Shown one piece after another: positions 1-8,989 of a stretch of DNA of 64,000 nt. The number at the start of each line of letters is the position of its first letter. The stretch's first letter is position 1. Origin of the DNA: a virus. The notes beneath the pieces are model-generated. The model was not told where the DNA came from. It made no database searches and saw only the letters and a list, made by a program, of their open reading frames with translations. Made by a program: the position numbers and the translations under genes. The DNA lies in the IMG/VR virus record IMGVR_UViG_3300028586_000750, one strand, 5' to 3'.

Positions 1-458
1 GGACCTGAATATGTTCTTCCGGTAGCGGAATCGTATCTCACGTCATCAGCACCAGCAACTAATAAGCTGGCTTCTGAATTTACAGAAGTGTTCCATCCAC
101 GGACACTATAGCTTTTCCAGTCACCGAAAACAGAGACTGTAGTGTTAGTGTCAGTAACGATGACTTTATAATTGTTGATACCTGCACCTACAGGTGCGTC
201 ACCATTTCCAAAAGCTCTATTTTGTAGTTCAAGTGCAACTGCTTTAGGGTTCTTAACCAAATATGTGACAACATTAGTGTTGGTGTTTCTCACATCTGAT
301 TTAACGCCAGCTACAATAGCTGATTTTTGTTGATTAGCAAAGATTGGAATAGCAATAGCTGCGAGAATACCAATAATTACGACAACAATCATCAACTCGA
401 TAAGAGTGAAACCCTCTTCTGAACCTGTGTTGCGTAATTTCTGTAAGTTTTTAATCAT
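1..458 (-). CDS. Type IV pilin (prepilin N-terminal cleavage/methylation domain), 3' end runs off the window
   Basis: Not in the ORF track; translated by hand from ATG at 458: MIKNLQKLRNTGSEEG|FTLIELMIVVVIIGILAAIAIPIFANQQKSAIVAGVKSDVRNTNTNVVTYLVKNPKA...RYDSATGRTYSG, open to position 1. Confidence 0.93.
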   Translation of the reverse strand, partial: MIKNLQKLRNTGSEEGFTLIELMIVVVIIGILAAIAIPIFANQQKSAIVAGVKSDVRNTNTNVVTYLVKNPKAVALELQNRAFGNGDAPVGAGINNYKVIVTDTNTTVSVFGDWKSYSVRGWNTSVNSEASLLVAGADDVRYDSATGRTYSG

Positions 459-472
459 GATATGTTCCTGTA

Positions 473-961
473 TTATGGGGTAGTTGTTGGCGCTGGTGGG
501 GAGAAGCTGTATGCGTTGTCAGCAGCACCGCAGCTTAATTGACTAGCATGACCAAGTTCACCATTAAACCCGCTCTTACCTGTTGCAGAAACGAAAATGA
601 AATAACGGCCTGTTTCGTCATACTTATCACCGTTAGCATTGTAAGCTTTAATGCAGTAATCAGATGGTGAACCAAAAATTGAAATTAGTGTACCTTCAGA
701 ACGTGGGGTAGCGAGTTCTGGAAGACGACCTTTGAAAGATTTGACCTGTGGGTGTGAAGCTATCCATCCAGCAATAGTGTTATTAGCTGTCTTCACGTCA
801 CTTTGTGTTCTTGCATCAATCGCTGCTTTTTGTTGGTTAGAGAAGATTGGGATAGCAATAGCAGCGAGGATGCCAATAATTACTACCACAATCATTAGCT
901 CAATAAGGGTGAAACCTTCCTCTGAGCTAGAGTTGCGTAGTTTTTGTAAGTTTTTAATCAT
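473..961 (-). CDS. Type IV pilin, Cys-containing tail
   Basis: G|FTLIELMIVVVIIGILAAIAIP class III signal with E5; two Cys in the C-terminal domain. Confidence 0.95.
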   Translation of the reverse strand: MIKNLQKLRNSSSEEGFTLIELMIVVVIIGILAAIAIPIFSNQQKAAIDARTQSDVKTANNTIAGWIASHPQVKSFKGRLPELATPRSEGTLISIFGSPSDYCIKAYNANGDKYDETGRYFIFVSATGKSGFNGELGHASQLSCGAADNAYSFSPPAPTTTP

Positions 962-988
962 GTCATAGTCCTGTAATAGTTATTATAG

Positions 989-1468
989 TTAGTCGCCTTG
1001 TACAGCAAATTTTCCTGTTTTGGATGTGTAAAGGACACCAAACCCATCCCCGGTGAATATTTGTCCTTTGTCAGCGTCAGCAGTCAAGCTAACAAGCGGA
1101 CCTACTGTTAAATTTCTACCTAAAATAAAGTAATTGTTCCATGAGCCTCTTACAATAATAAGGGTGTCCTTATCACTAATAGTCATTTCGTATTTAGCTT
1201 TTGAGGTAGCATCTTGGCCAGTTGCGTTATGGAAACCATCTAACGTACTAGCTGTTGGGTTCTTAACAAGATATGTTGTAACATTAGTGTTAATGTTTTT
1301 AACGTCTGACTTGATGCCTGCGACAATTGCGCTTTTTTGTTGGTTGGCAAAAATTGGGATAGCAATAGCAGCCAAAATTCCAATGATTACAACAACAATC
1401 ATCAACTCAATAAGAGTGAAACCTTCTTCTGAGCCTGTTGAACGAAGTTCTTTAAGTTTATTAATCAT
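989..1468 (-). CDS. Type IV pilin, Cys-free tail
   Basis: G|FTLIEL motif; tail closely similar to 1472..1963. Confidence 0.95.
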   Translation of the reverse strand: MINKLKELRSTGSEEGFTLIELMIVVVIIGILAAIAIPIFANQQKSAIVAGIKSDVKNINTNVTTYLVKNPTASTLDGFHNATGQDATSKAKYEMTISDKDTLIIVRGSWNNYFILGRNLTVGPLVSLTADADKGQIFTGDGFGVLYTSKTGKFAVQGD

Positions 1469-1471
1469 GAA

Positions 1472-1963
1472 TTAGTCGCCTTGTGCAACAATCTTGCCTG
1501 TTTTGGATGTGTATAAAATGCCAAAAGTGTTGTCAGCAGCTACAAACTTGTAGCCTTTAACTGTGTCTGTTGAAATGCTTGCGATTGGTGCAATAGCAGT
1601 GTTACGACCAAGGACAAAGTAGTTATCCCATGAGCCTCTTACTGTAATCACAGTATCTTTATCAGAAACAGTCATGGAGTATTTAGCTTTTGAAACGGAG
1701 TCTTGACCAGTTGGTGTCCAGTAACCTTCTAAGTCTGCTTCTGTAGCTGTAGGGTTCTTTACCAAGTATGTTGTAACACTAGTGTTAATGTTTTTAACAT
1801 CTGATTTAACACTAGCAATAATTGCGCTTTTCTGCTGGTTAGCAAAAATAGGAATAGCAATCGCAGCGAGAATACCAATGATTACGACAACAATCATTAA
1901 CTCAATAAGGGTGAAGCCCTCTTCTGAGCCTGTGTTGCGTAGTTTTTGTAAGTTTTTAATCAT
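1472..1963 (-). CDS. Type IV pilin, Cys-free tail
   Basis: G|FTLIEL motif; first gene of the minus-strand array. Confidence 0.95.
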   Translation of the reverse strand: MIKNLQKLRNTGSEEGFTLIELMIVVVIIGILAAIAIPIFANQQKSAIIASVKSDVKNINTSVTTYLVKNPTATEADLEGYWTPTGQDSVSKAKYSMTVSDKDTVITVRGSWDNYFVLGRNTAIAPIASISTDTVKGYKFVAADNTFGILYTSKTGKIVAQGD

Positions 1964-2132
1964 GCTGACCTTAGTTGTTTATTATAATAAACATCTGCCG
2001 TTGTTTAGAAGGCTTACAAACCTACGTTTTGATGATTAGGTTTTATTATCTTTTCTTATCTTCTACTTAAACCTTGGGTAACGTTTTTAGTCTATAAAAA
2101 GACCAATTATGTTATGCTTATGAAAATACACT

Positions 2133-2537
2133 TTGATCGGATACCGCATGACAACCCTTTTAGCAAATTTCCTTGTACTGTTTGACCCTATTGTTAATTG
2201 GCCTAAAGCAAAAGACACAGAGTTTCGCCAAAACCTTTTAATGTTTGCTTTTACAGCCTTACTATCTACTATCGCAGGTTTCCTGCTACCAGTATTTAAC
2301 TTCCCTGCGTTTAACGCCGGAACTGCTATCTGTATGACAATTGTTGTTTTTGGTGGGATAGTATCCATTATCCTTGGCATTATGACTTTAGTGGAAATGA
2401 CAGAGACAAGCTGGTGGAAAAAGACATCAAGAAACATTGAGCTAGCAAAAGCTGATGCAAGAAAAAGACGTTTACGTGTAGAAAAAGAAGAAACAGCTAC
2501 ATCTGTTACCAAAGAAGACCTAGAATATCTACGATGA
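2133..2537 (+). CDS. Hypothetical membrane protein
   Basis: Two hydrophobic segments and a charged tail; overlaps the next ORF (ATGA). Confidence 0.6.
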   Translation: MIGYRMTTLLANFLVLFDPIVNWPKAKDTEFRQNLLMFAFTALLSTIAGFLLPVFNFPAFNAGTAICMTIVVFGGIVSIILGIMTLVEMTETSWWKKTSRNIELAKADARKRRLRVEKEETATSVTKEDLEYLR

Positions 2538-2833
2538 TAGATAAGAAGAAAACTTCATTTGGAGATAAGTTAGCTAAAACTCTATATCTAGATTTAGCTA
2601 TAATTTTTGTTCTAGCTGTGGTAGGATTAATATGTCTCTACTTTGGTTTTAGATTACCTAACCCTTATGACATAGTAGTAAACGTTATAGCAGGTTTAAT
2701 AGTTATAGCAGCGAGTGGTCTTGGCGCAGTCGTTTGTTTCAAAATCTTTGTTCTTGGCGAATTTTTTGAAACAGACAAAAACAATAACCTTCGCTCTATA
2801 TTTACAGAACCAGAACCACCTAAGGAAAATTAA
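2534..2833 (+). CDS. Hypothetical membrane protein
   Basis: Two hydrophobic segments; coupled to neighbouring ORFs. Confidence 0.6.
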   Translation: MIDKKKTSFGDKLAKTLYLDLAIIFVLAVVGLICLYFGFRLPNPYDIVVNVIAGLIVIAASGLGAVVCFKIFVLGEFFETDKNNNLRSIFTEPEPPKEN

Positions 2834-2842
2834 AGGCTTCAA

Positions 2843-3559
2843 ATGGAACTTACTGTACAACGACTTGAACAAATCATTGCATCCCAAAAAAGGGTTGTAG
2901 TGGTTACGGGTGCGGGCACTTCAACCTTGTCAGGTATCCCTGACTTCGTTAGCGTGGACAGTGGGTGGGAAGGTGATATCCCTCGTGAAGTGGCTATCAG
3001 TAAAAACTATTTCCATGCTTACCCTAAAAGTTTTTGGAAAGTCTACAAGAAGCTTTTTCTTCCTAAAGTCAGGGCTGAGCTTGCACCATCTAAAGCTCAT
3101 ACTTTTTTGAAAAAGCTTGAAGATTTTGCGGAAGTAGAAATCTACACGCAAAACGTTGACGGTTTACATCAAGCTGCTGGTAGCACTAATGTCACTGAGG
3201 TCCACGGTAACGCAAATACTCTTACTTGCGTTAAATGTCGCAACCAAGTGGATGTTTGGGATGTTTACGATAGTGTTGTACCTATTTGCGAGCTTTGTGG
3301 CAAACTTTTGAAACCAGATGTTGTCTTGTTCGGGGAGAAAAGTCCTGGTTACGGGAAAATGTTTGATGCTTTGAACGGACCTGGTGTTCTTCTTATGATG
3401 GGAACAAGTCTTAACGTAGCCCCTGTTAATCAAATGCCTTTGGAAGCCGCTCAATTCGCTCCCCATTTATGGCGTGTGTATTGGGATAAAACTGCTACTG
3501 CGGAGCAAGAACCTTTGTTCCATCATTACGTGAATACTGATTTTTCAGAGCTAAACTAA
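2843..3559 (+). CDS. cobB: Sir2/CobB-family NAD-dependent deacylase
   Basis: GAGTSTLSGIPDF, TQNVDGLH, HGN, CxxC...CxxC zinc site, KPDVVLFGE, GTSLNVAP. Confidence 0.95.
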   Translation: MELTVQRLEQIIASQKRVVVVTGAGTSTLSGIPDFVSVDSGWEGDIPREVAISKNYFHAYPKSFWKVYKKLFLPKVRAELAPSKAHTFLKKLEDFAEVEIYTQNVDGLHQAAGSTNVTEVHGNANTLTCVKCRNQVDVWDVYDSVVPICELCGKLLKPDVVLFGEKSPGYGKMFDALNGPGVLLMMGTSLNVAPVNQMPLEAAQFAPHLWRVYWDKTATAEQEPLFHHYVNTDFSELN

Positions 3560-3604
3560 AAAACTTTGGCCCCACCAGTTAATTCTGGTGGGGCCAAAGT
3601 TTTT
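3559..3604. terminator. CCCCACCAG-core palindrome (bidirectional terminator-like)
   Basis: 20-bp stem aaaaactttggccccaccag / TTAATT / complement, between convergent genes. Confidence 0.85.
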
Positions 3605-3605
3605 G

Positions 3606-3713
3606 TTACTTGTTGAGCATGTCTTTCTCATGCTGTTCAGCTTCTAAACGAGCCTGCTTCACTTCATCTGAGTTCTCATCGTAACCCAAATCTCGGAATA
3701 GGTTAATACCCAT
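3606..3713 (-). CDS. Small hypothetical protein, 35 aa
   Basis: Hand-translated MGINLFRDLGYDENSDEVKQARLEAEQHEKDMLNK; purine-rich RBS (AAAGGG); fills the gap exactly. Confidence 0.6.
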   Translation of the reverse strand: MGINLFRDLGYDENSDEVKQARLEAEQHEKDMLNK

Positions 3714-3726
3714 TTTACCCTTTTCT

Positions 3727-4020
3727 TTAGTTGAACATGTACCCTGCGTACACAGTTGCGGTAGGAGCAATAAGGCTGTTCACGCTTGTGTGACCGTCAG
3801 TGTAGAACTTCCTGGTAAGGATGTTCTCACCGTACAGAGTGATGTTCTCGTAGTAATAGCCGTCCATGCGACCAACATCTTCTGTTACCTCACCGAACTG
3901 GAAGTTTTCCCCATCAACGATAAGGACATACTCACCAGTTGCAATCTGCTCAGGGTTAACCTGAGTTAGGTTGCTTGCGTTGACTACAGTCTTAACGAAC
4001 TGCTGTGCGTCACCATTCAT
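3727..4020 (-). CDS. Hypothetical protein
   Basis: ORF with AGAAA-rich RBS; codon usage like neighbours. Confidence 0.65.
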   Translation of the reverse strand: MNGDAQQFVKTVVNASNLTQVNPEQIATGEYVLIVDGENFQFGEVTEDVGRMDGYYYENITLYGENILTRKFYTDGHTSVNSLIAPTATVYAGYMFN

Positions 4021-4095
4021 TTTTCTTTCAATCTTTGTTGTGTTACTCGGTTAATATATTTCCAGCATATCAAACAAAAGCGTGTTTTGCAACCA

Positions 4096-4395
4096 TTAGA
4101 TGTGGTGGATGAAATAATTCATTCGTGCAATGTAACGCGTTAGAGGCGCTGCGGTTGGGTTGTGCATCACATCGTAGCAAACCCACTTTTTACCGTCTAC
4201 AGCGAGCTTGTGAAGCGTGCTGGGGTAGGTTGCATGGTTACGAGCAATCACGCGAAGAAGCACAATGTCTTCGTTGTCTCGCTCAGCAAGATAATCAAGG
4301 TCATCAGGGAAAGCATAAGGGTTCTCAGCAGCAGTCACCCGCTCATACCAGTCATCTGAGTGAGCGTTACCCACAGTTATAGCAAACGTAGACAT
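4096..4395 (-). CDS. Leucine-rich-variant (LRV)-repeat-like protein
   Basis: IARNHATYPSTLHKLAVD...VMHNPTAAP resembles the A.NP.TP..L..LA.D repeat. Confidence 0.45.
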   Translation of the reverse strand: MSTFAITVGNAHSDDWYERVTAAENPYAFPDDLDYLAERDNEDIVLLRVIARNHATYPSTLHKLAVDGKKWVCYDVMHNPTAAPLTRYIARMNYFIHHI

Positions 4396-4508
4396 TGTAA
4401 GTCTTTCTTGTCTTTCCAATAATTACTTTTACTGTAGCACAGTTGCCAGACATATGGAAATTGCCTCACCGACTAATTTGGTGAGGCAATTTCTGTGATG
4501 CAGATAAT

Positions 4509-4751
4509 TTACTGTGCAGCAGCTTTCGTACCAGAAGCAGTGAGAACAACGACAGCAGCACGGAGGCTAGGTGCAGCGCGGGTAAGGCTGCGCTGCATGA
4601 GAGACTTGTAAGTGCGAGTATCCGAAGAACGGCGTCCCTGAACGATGAAATAAGGCTTGTCCTTGCGGGAAAGAGGGAAGTGAACGTACTTGACTTCACC
4701 CTTCTGAACGAGTTCAAGGGCGGTCTTCTGAGCGATGCTAAGAGTGGGCAT
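4509..4751 (-). CDS. Basic hypothetical protein
   Basis: Start reassigned to MPTLSIAQK (ATG 4751, RBS GGAAA). Confidence 0.55.
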   Translation of the reverse strand: MPTLSIAQKTALELVQKGEVKYVHFPLSRKDKPYFIVQGRRSSDTRTYKSLMQRSLTRAAPSLRAAVVVLTASGTKAAAQ

Positions 4752-4922
4752 GTTATTTCCTTTTAATGAGGGACTTAATTGCTTACAAAGTAATAGTATC
4801 ACGAACCACTGACATTTTGAGCACTTGTAAAAAGACATACAAAGCTTGTTGCTATTGTCAGTCGTAGGGTGTAGAGTGAACTTAAAGTTATTCAACCATC
4901 TAATTGAGAGAGATAATTACCA

Positions 4923-5435
4923 ATGACTTACCGTATTTTCACTGAAAGCGTTCTTGATGAGGTTGCTGATTTCACCCTCAAGCTTGCTATCCCTGAGAGC
5001 AGCTACAATGTTAAGAACGCAGACGGTACGGCTCCTGTAGTAACCCTCAAGGTTAACGCTTCTACCAAGCGTTTCGCTCTCGCTGCCCTTCGTGAGATTA
5101 ACACCACTCAGGAAATGCTCAACATCATCGCTCAGCACCGTCTGGGCGCTGACTTCGCCACTCTTGTTGTAAGGAAGCCCAAGAAGGCTACCAAGCTCAT
5201 GGAGAAGATTGACCCTAAGTTCTACGAGTTCTACTTCAAGGCCACTCAGGATGAGGCTGACGGCGGTGGAGAGATTGAGGTTACGCTTACCGCTCCCAGC
5301 GGCCTCATTGGTTTCAAGGCTTTCCAGGCTATGACCAACCCTCAGAAGCTTTCTGGTCTTCTTGCCAGCTTCATGCCTGATGAGGATGAGGACGACTTTG
5401 ACGATTATGACACCGACGAAGACTACGGCAACTAA
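4923..5435 (+). CDS. Hypothetical protein with strongly acidic C-terminal tail
   Basis: Ends DEDEDDFDDYDTDEDYGN; C-ending codon bias; followed by hairpin at about 5446-5486. Confidence 0.75.
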   Translation: MTYRIFTESVLDEVADFTLKLAIPESSYNVKNADGTAPVVTLKVNASTKRFALAALREINTTQEMLNIIAQHRLGADFATLVVRKPKKATKLMEKIDPKFYEFYFKATQDEADGGGEIEVTLTAPSGLIGFKAFQAMTNPQKLSGLLASFMPDEDEDDFDDYDTDEDYGN

Positions 5436-5500
5436 GTAGTTTCATATTGAGCCTCGCACCTGAATAATTTAGGTGCGAGGCTCAATTGCTTTTGACAGAC

Positions 5501-5546
5501 AAATAGTTATGGCCCCACCAGTTATCTGGTGGGGCCATAACTATTT
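5501..5546. terminator. CCCCACCAG-core palindrome
   Basis: 21-bp stem, TTAT loop, convergent genes. Confidence 0.85.
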
Positions 5547-5552
5547 AAGTTT

Positions 5553-5867
5553 TTAGTTGATAAGACGGGTCATGTAATCTACTGCCACCTTGGTGCCAGC
5601 TTCATCTGCCCCATCAATCTTTGCTACTCCAAGGATGAAAGCGGCAAGCGTGTAAGCTTCATCGATAGTGGTTACAGCCTTGATACGGTCGCTTTGCTCC
5701 ATGAGCACCTTAGCGATAGCATCCGACTTGTTCTGTAGACGCTGAGCGTTCTCAGGGTTGGTAGCCTTTGCGGCAAGAAGGTCAAGTGTCTTGACGGCAT
5801 CCGCCATGTCACGAATTGCTTCGGTACGGAAAAGTTCGAGCTTTGTGTTTTCAATCGTAGTAGTCAT
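5553..5867 (-). CDS. Hypothetical helical protein
   Basis: RBS GAGG; upstream TTGACA...TGTATAGT promoter. Confidence 0.7.
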   Translation of the reverse strand: MTTTIENTKLELFRTEAIRDMADAVKTLDLLAAKATNPENAQRLQNKSDAIAKVLMEQSDRIKAVTTIDEAYTLAAFILGVAKIDGADEAGTKVAVDYMTRLIN

Positions 5868-6032
5868 AATGCTACCTCGTTTCTTTGTTAGTTTTTATTA
5901 TATGTTTCAACTATACACCTTGGTGTAGTTTTGTCAACAAGCAAGGGTATGGGAAAAGACAATATATTAGATAGTGATATATGATTGGTATGCTAGACGC
6001 AAGTCTCAACATACCGTCACATTAGGCCCTAA

Positions 6033-6392
6033 CTAGCCCTGTGCAGGCGGTAGAGGGGTTCTAGTGCGCTGCCTGAGCCACTTAGCGTTACGCTTCGCTA
6101 AACGGTGTGGCGAGGCTTCTACGACCGCAATGAGTTCATTTACGTCTGACTGCCCATTAAGGAAAGGGAAGATATAAGAGTGGTCAGCGTGACCTTCTTC
6201 AAGAAGAGAAGCAACTTGCGAATGGATAATTTGCATTTTGTTCACAATGGAATGCATTTGCTGCAAGGCTTCGTTTGAAGTGTAAGCACCTTTTTCTTCA
6301 AAGCGCTTAAAGTAATGTAAAGCCATCTCAGCAGTATCCTCTGCTTGTTGATGAATAGAGTTTAGAGCAGCTACTTCACTTAGTTTATCCAT
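6033..6392 (-). CDS. Hypothetical protein
   Basis: ORF preceded by TGGTATCCT -10 box (near-leaderless). Confidence 0.6.
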   Translation of the reverse strand: MDKLSEVAALNSIHQQAEDTAEMALHYFKRFEEKGAYTSNEALQQMHSIVNKMQIIHSQVASLLEEGHADHSYIFPFLNGQSDVNELIAVVEASPHRLAKRNAKWLRQRTRTPLPPAQG

Positions 6393-6472
6393 AGAATTTT
6401 AGGATACCACTTATAGGTTGTTAAAGCAAACAAAAACGGGGAACAGTATATTAATACTGCCCCCCGTGAGGC

Positions 6473-6691
6473 TTAAAGAGCCTTGATAAGCTTTCGGATT
6501 AGTCCGTTAGTTCCGAACCTAGAACCGAAGGCACTATCAAAGAGCCTCTTTAGCTCAATCTTCTTCTCTTGGATTGACTGGTCGCTGTCCAAAATTGTAA
6601 GCGCTTTGTCAGTGATAATTCCGGACATACCGTAGAACTCATTGATGAGCGTATCTACGTTCACGTAAGTGTTGTTGAGGTTGATACTCAT
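6473..6691 (-). CDS. Hypothetical protein
   Basis: ORF with AAAGGAAAGG upstream. Confidence 0.6.
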   Translation of the reverse strand: MSINLNNTYVNVDTLINEFYGMSGIITDKALTILDSDQSIQEKKIELKRLFDSAFGSRFGTNGLIRKLIKAL

Positions 6692-6773
6692 TCGGGTGGA
6701 TACCTTTCCTTTGTTTATGGTTCAATCATAGCATAGAAAAAGGCCCCCATGTGAGGGCCTTTTTCTATTTTTC

Positions 6774-6998
6774 TCAGACCTCGTAGAGGTAGTTGTTAAG
6801 GGGACTGTAAAGAGCCTCCAAGTCACGCATCTGCTGGGCGCGAAGGATTTCGTCCACAATTGCGTAAACGGTTCGTGCGTTGCTCTCGTTAACAACTGCA
6901 CCAGCGAAAACAGACAGGCGAATACGGGCGTTCTCGAAGTTGTCCGCGCGAACTGCGGAAATGAAGTCTTCCTTCATTGCTTCTGCGAAACCGTTCAT
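6774..6998 (-). CDS. Hypothetical protein
   Basis: RBS AGGAG; ends at a hairpin. Confidence 0.65.
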   Translation of the reverse strand: MNGFAEAMKEDFISAVRADNFENARIRLSVFAGAVVNESNARTVYAIVDEILRAQQMRDLEALYSPLNNYLYEV

Positions 6999-7110
6999 TG
7001 TCTTGCTCCTTGTTGTGTAGCGAACTGGGATGTTTCAAGTATACATGGACAGCAAGACTTACGCAACAACAAAAGTGCGGAACACCAATATTTCTGGTGT
7101 TCCGCACTTT

Positions 7111-7368
7111 TTAGTCTTCTACGTTCCCTGTGACAAGCACCTGGTCTGTCTTGGGAAACGCCCAACTAGTGTGTGACGTGTGAAGCACGACAGCTTCACC
7201 TTCGACCTCAATTGTTTCTACAACGAATGTTTCTACTTCTGAGGTTAGCCTTAGAACTTCTAGGTCATCACCGTCATCAGAGGTAACGTTCTCTAGAATA
7301 GGGTAAAAATCAATAAGGTCGCCAACCTTAACTTCTGTTACTGGGGTTAGTGTTCCGTCTTCCGACAT
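7111..7368 (-). CDS. Hypothetical acidic protein
   Basis: RBS AGGAG; beta-strand-like pattern. Confidence 0.65.
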   Translation of the reverse strand: MSEDGTLTPVTEVKVGDLIDFYPILENVTSDDGDDLEVLRLTSEVETFVVETIEVEGEAVVLHTSHTSWAFPKTDQVLVTGNVED

Positions 7369-7465
7369 TAAATCTCCTGTTTTATGGAATATATACTTTC
7401 ATAGTATATCAATCTTTTCCCAAGTTAGCAAGACCTAACTTGGGAAAAGACATTACTCGCAGCTA

Positions 7466-7768
7466 TTAAGCGTTGTTGTACTCGTCTTCGCTGCGAGGGC
7501 TGAACTCCCAAGCGGGACTGTCTTCCATGCCGACCTTAAAGTGCCTACGGTACTCGCTACCGTCATCGTCAATCGTGACCCAAGGCTCAGGGTCCGACCA
7601 AAGAGGGTGAACCTGCTCATCAAACTCGTCTCGCGGGTCGTACGTCCACCCGTTCCACATGACACCGTTCTCGTCAAGTCCGTCCTCGTGAGCGGTGTGA
7701 GTGCGAAACTCCTTACCATTCTCGTCAAGGGTAACCCAAGGCTCGGGGTCGCGGTTCACGGTGTACAT
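7466..7768 (-). CDS. Acidic protein with internal duplication
   Basis: RDPEPWVTLDENGKEFRTH repeated as SDPEPWVTIDDDGSEYRRH. Confidence 0.7.
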   Translation of the reverse strand: MYTVNRDPEPWVTLDENGKEFRTHTAHEDGLDENGVMWNGWTYDPRDEFDEQVHPLWSDPEPWVTIDDDGSEYRRHFKVGMEDSPAWEFSPRSEDEYNNA

Positions 7769-7879
7769 GTTAACTCCAAAATTAGTGGGGATGAACTCTT
7801 AACTAAAGCGTACACCTGTAGAGCAGAAAGAGCAACACCAAAAAAGACAAGTTTTTGAAGAAACTGATATGCTTTACCT

Positions 7880-8299
7880 ATGGAAAAGTTTCGTATTAAC
7901 CCCTTATGGGCTGCTGTCATGTATAACGCTGGCACTGACCTTGACTCGCAAAAAGAAATTGAAGAAAATGCAAGTAAATTAGCTGCATCATTGTTTTGGC
8001 GATACGGCGAAAACAAAGCTTCTTTCAATGTTCTCGACAATCGCGGGAAAGAACAAAGCTTTTCTGGGGATGTTTTCCTAATTTCAGAACATGGAACGAA
8101 AATCCGTAATATGTTCTCGGGAACACTTATCTCAAAATGGCGAGAAAATGGAATTGAATATTCTCATATAGATACTATTTTGGTCTTGGATGCAATTTAC
8201 GATGTCCAAAAAGCAATGCAACAGATTACTGTAACTAAATCGCTCAAAGATTACCGCATCATAGATAAGCATTCATCTTCCTTGACAGAAAGTTTCTAA
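7880..8299 (+). CDS. Hypothetical protein, I(D/N)P(I/L)WAA family copy 1
   Basis: N-terminus shared with 9539 and 10001; leaderless TGATATGCT-N6-ATG. Confidence 0.7.
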   Translation: MEKFRINPLWAAVMYNAGTDLDSQKEIEENASKLAASLFWRYGENKASFNVLDNRGKEQSFSGDVFLISEHGTKIRNMFSGTLISKWRENGIEYSHIDTILVLDAIYDVQKAMQQITVTKSLKDYRIIDKHSSSLTESF

Positions 8300-8317
8300 A
8301 CTTTTTTGGTCAAGGTG

Positions 8318-8347
8318 TTGCGGATACCATTTTGACCGTGCTATAGT
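8318..8347 (+). promoter_or_regulatory. Sigma70-type promoter
   Basis: TTGCGG-N18-TATAGT with TG extension; no convincing ORF downstream before the terminator. Confidence 0.6.
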
Positions 8348-8353
8348 AGAGAT

Positions 8354-8585
8354 ATCAAGGGGGTTGTTGAACACAAACCGAACCTTGTGAGTAAGTTATT
8401 GACAAATACATATCGCGTTCAGAAGATGAAAACTTTCCTTTTCTAGTTAGTTTGTGAACTGATACCCCTCCTAAATGGTGCACCGTTTAGGGATAAAAGT
8501 GGGAGTACAGGTTAAGGAAAAAGTAATCTGCGCATTAGATATAGTTACTTACCAAAAATGGCACCCTCAATGGGTGCCATTTTTG
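8354..8585 (+). ncRNA. Candidate structured small RNA (about 230 nt)
   Basis: Promoter upstream; terminator aaaaatggcaccc/gggtgccattttt; GGGG..CACAAAC can pair with GTTTGTG..CCCC. Confidence 0.4.
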
Positions 8586-8599
8586 TTTGTCCAGTAGTT

Positions 8600-8989
8600 T
8601 CATTTACTGTTCTTAACTTCTTTCAGTAGTTGATAGTAGTTAACTTTTTTACGAAGTGTGTCTGGCGAGGCAGTTCGTGTTCCAAAAAGTTTGATTTGGA
8701 TACTGAAGGCTGACTTCATTATGCGTTCTTCTGAGGTTTCCCCAATAATATGAGTGTGGCCTTTATCGCCTAGTTTACGAGCCATTTTTTCAAGCAAAGC
8801 TTTTTCTGTTTCACTTTTACTGTAGCCAAAATCCATGTCACGCATATTAATTTCAACTAGCTCAACGTAAGCGGCTTCAAGCTTTTTTTGTTCCTCGTCA
8901 TTATCCCAAGGAAGATAGACGTACCCTTGTTCTAGTAACCATCTATTAATACGTGCTTTTTCAGCTAAAGACATATTAGGTATACCCAT
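8600..8989 (-). CDS. Hypothetical protein, SLAEKARINRWLLEQGY family copy 1
   Basis: Clear paralogue of 8989..9414. Confidence 0.75.
   Translation of the reverse strand: MGIPNMSLAEKARINRWLLEQGYVYLPWDNDEEQKKLEAAYVELVEINMRDMDFGYSKSETEKALLEKMARKLGDKGHTHIIGETSEERIMKSAFSIQIKLFGTRTASPDTLRKKVNYYQLLKEVKNSK

Noticed and set aside
732-2039. ORFs 732..968, 1134..1475, 1782..2039 and similarly 15265..15486, 15545..15892
   Set aside because: Antisense or off-frame shadows of the conserved pilin heads; they recur only because the pilin DNA recurs.
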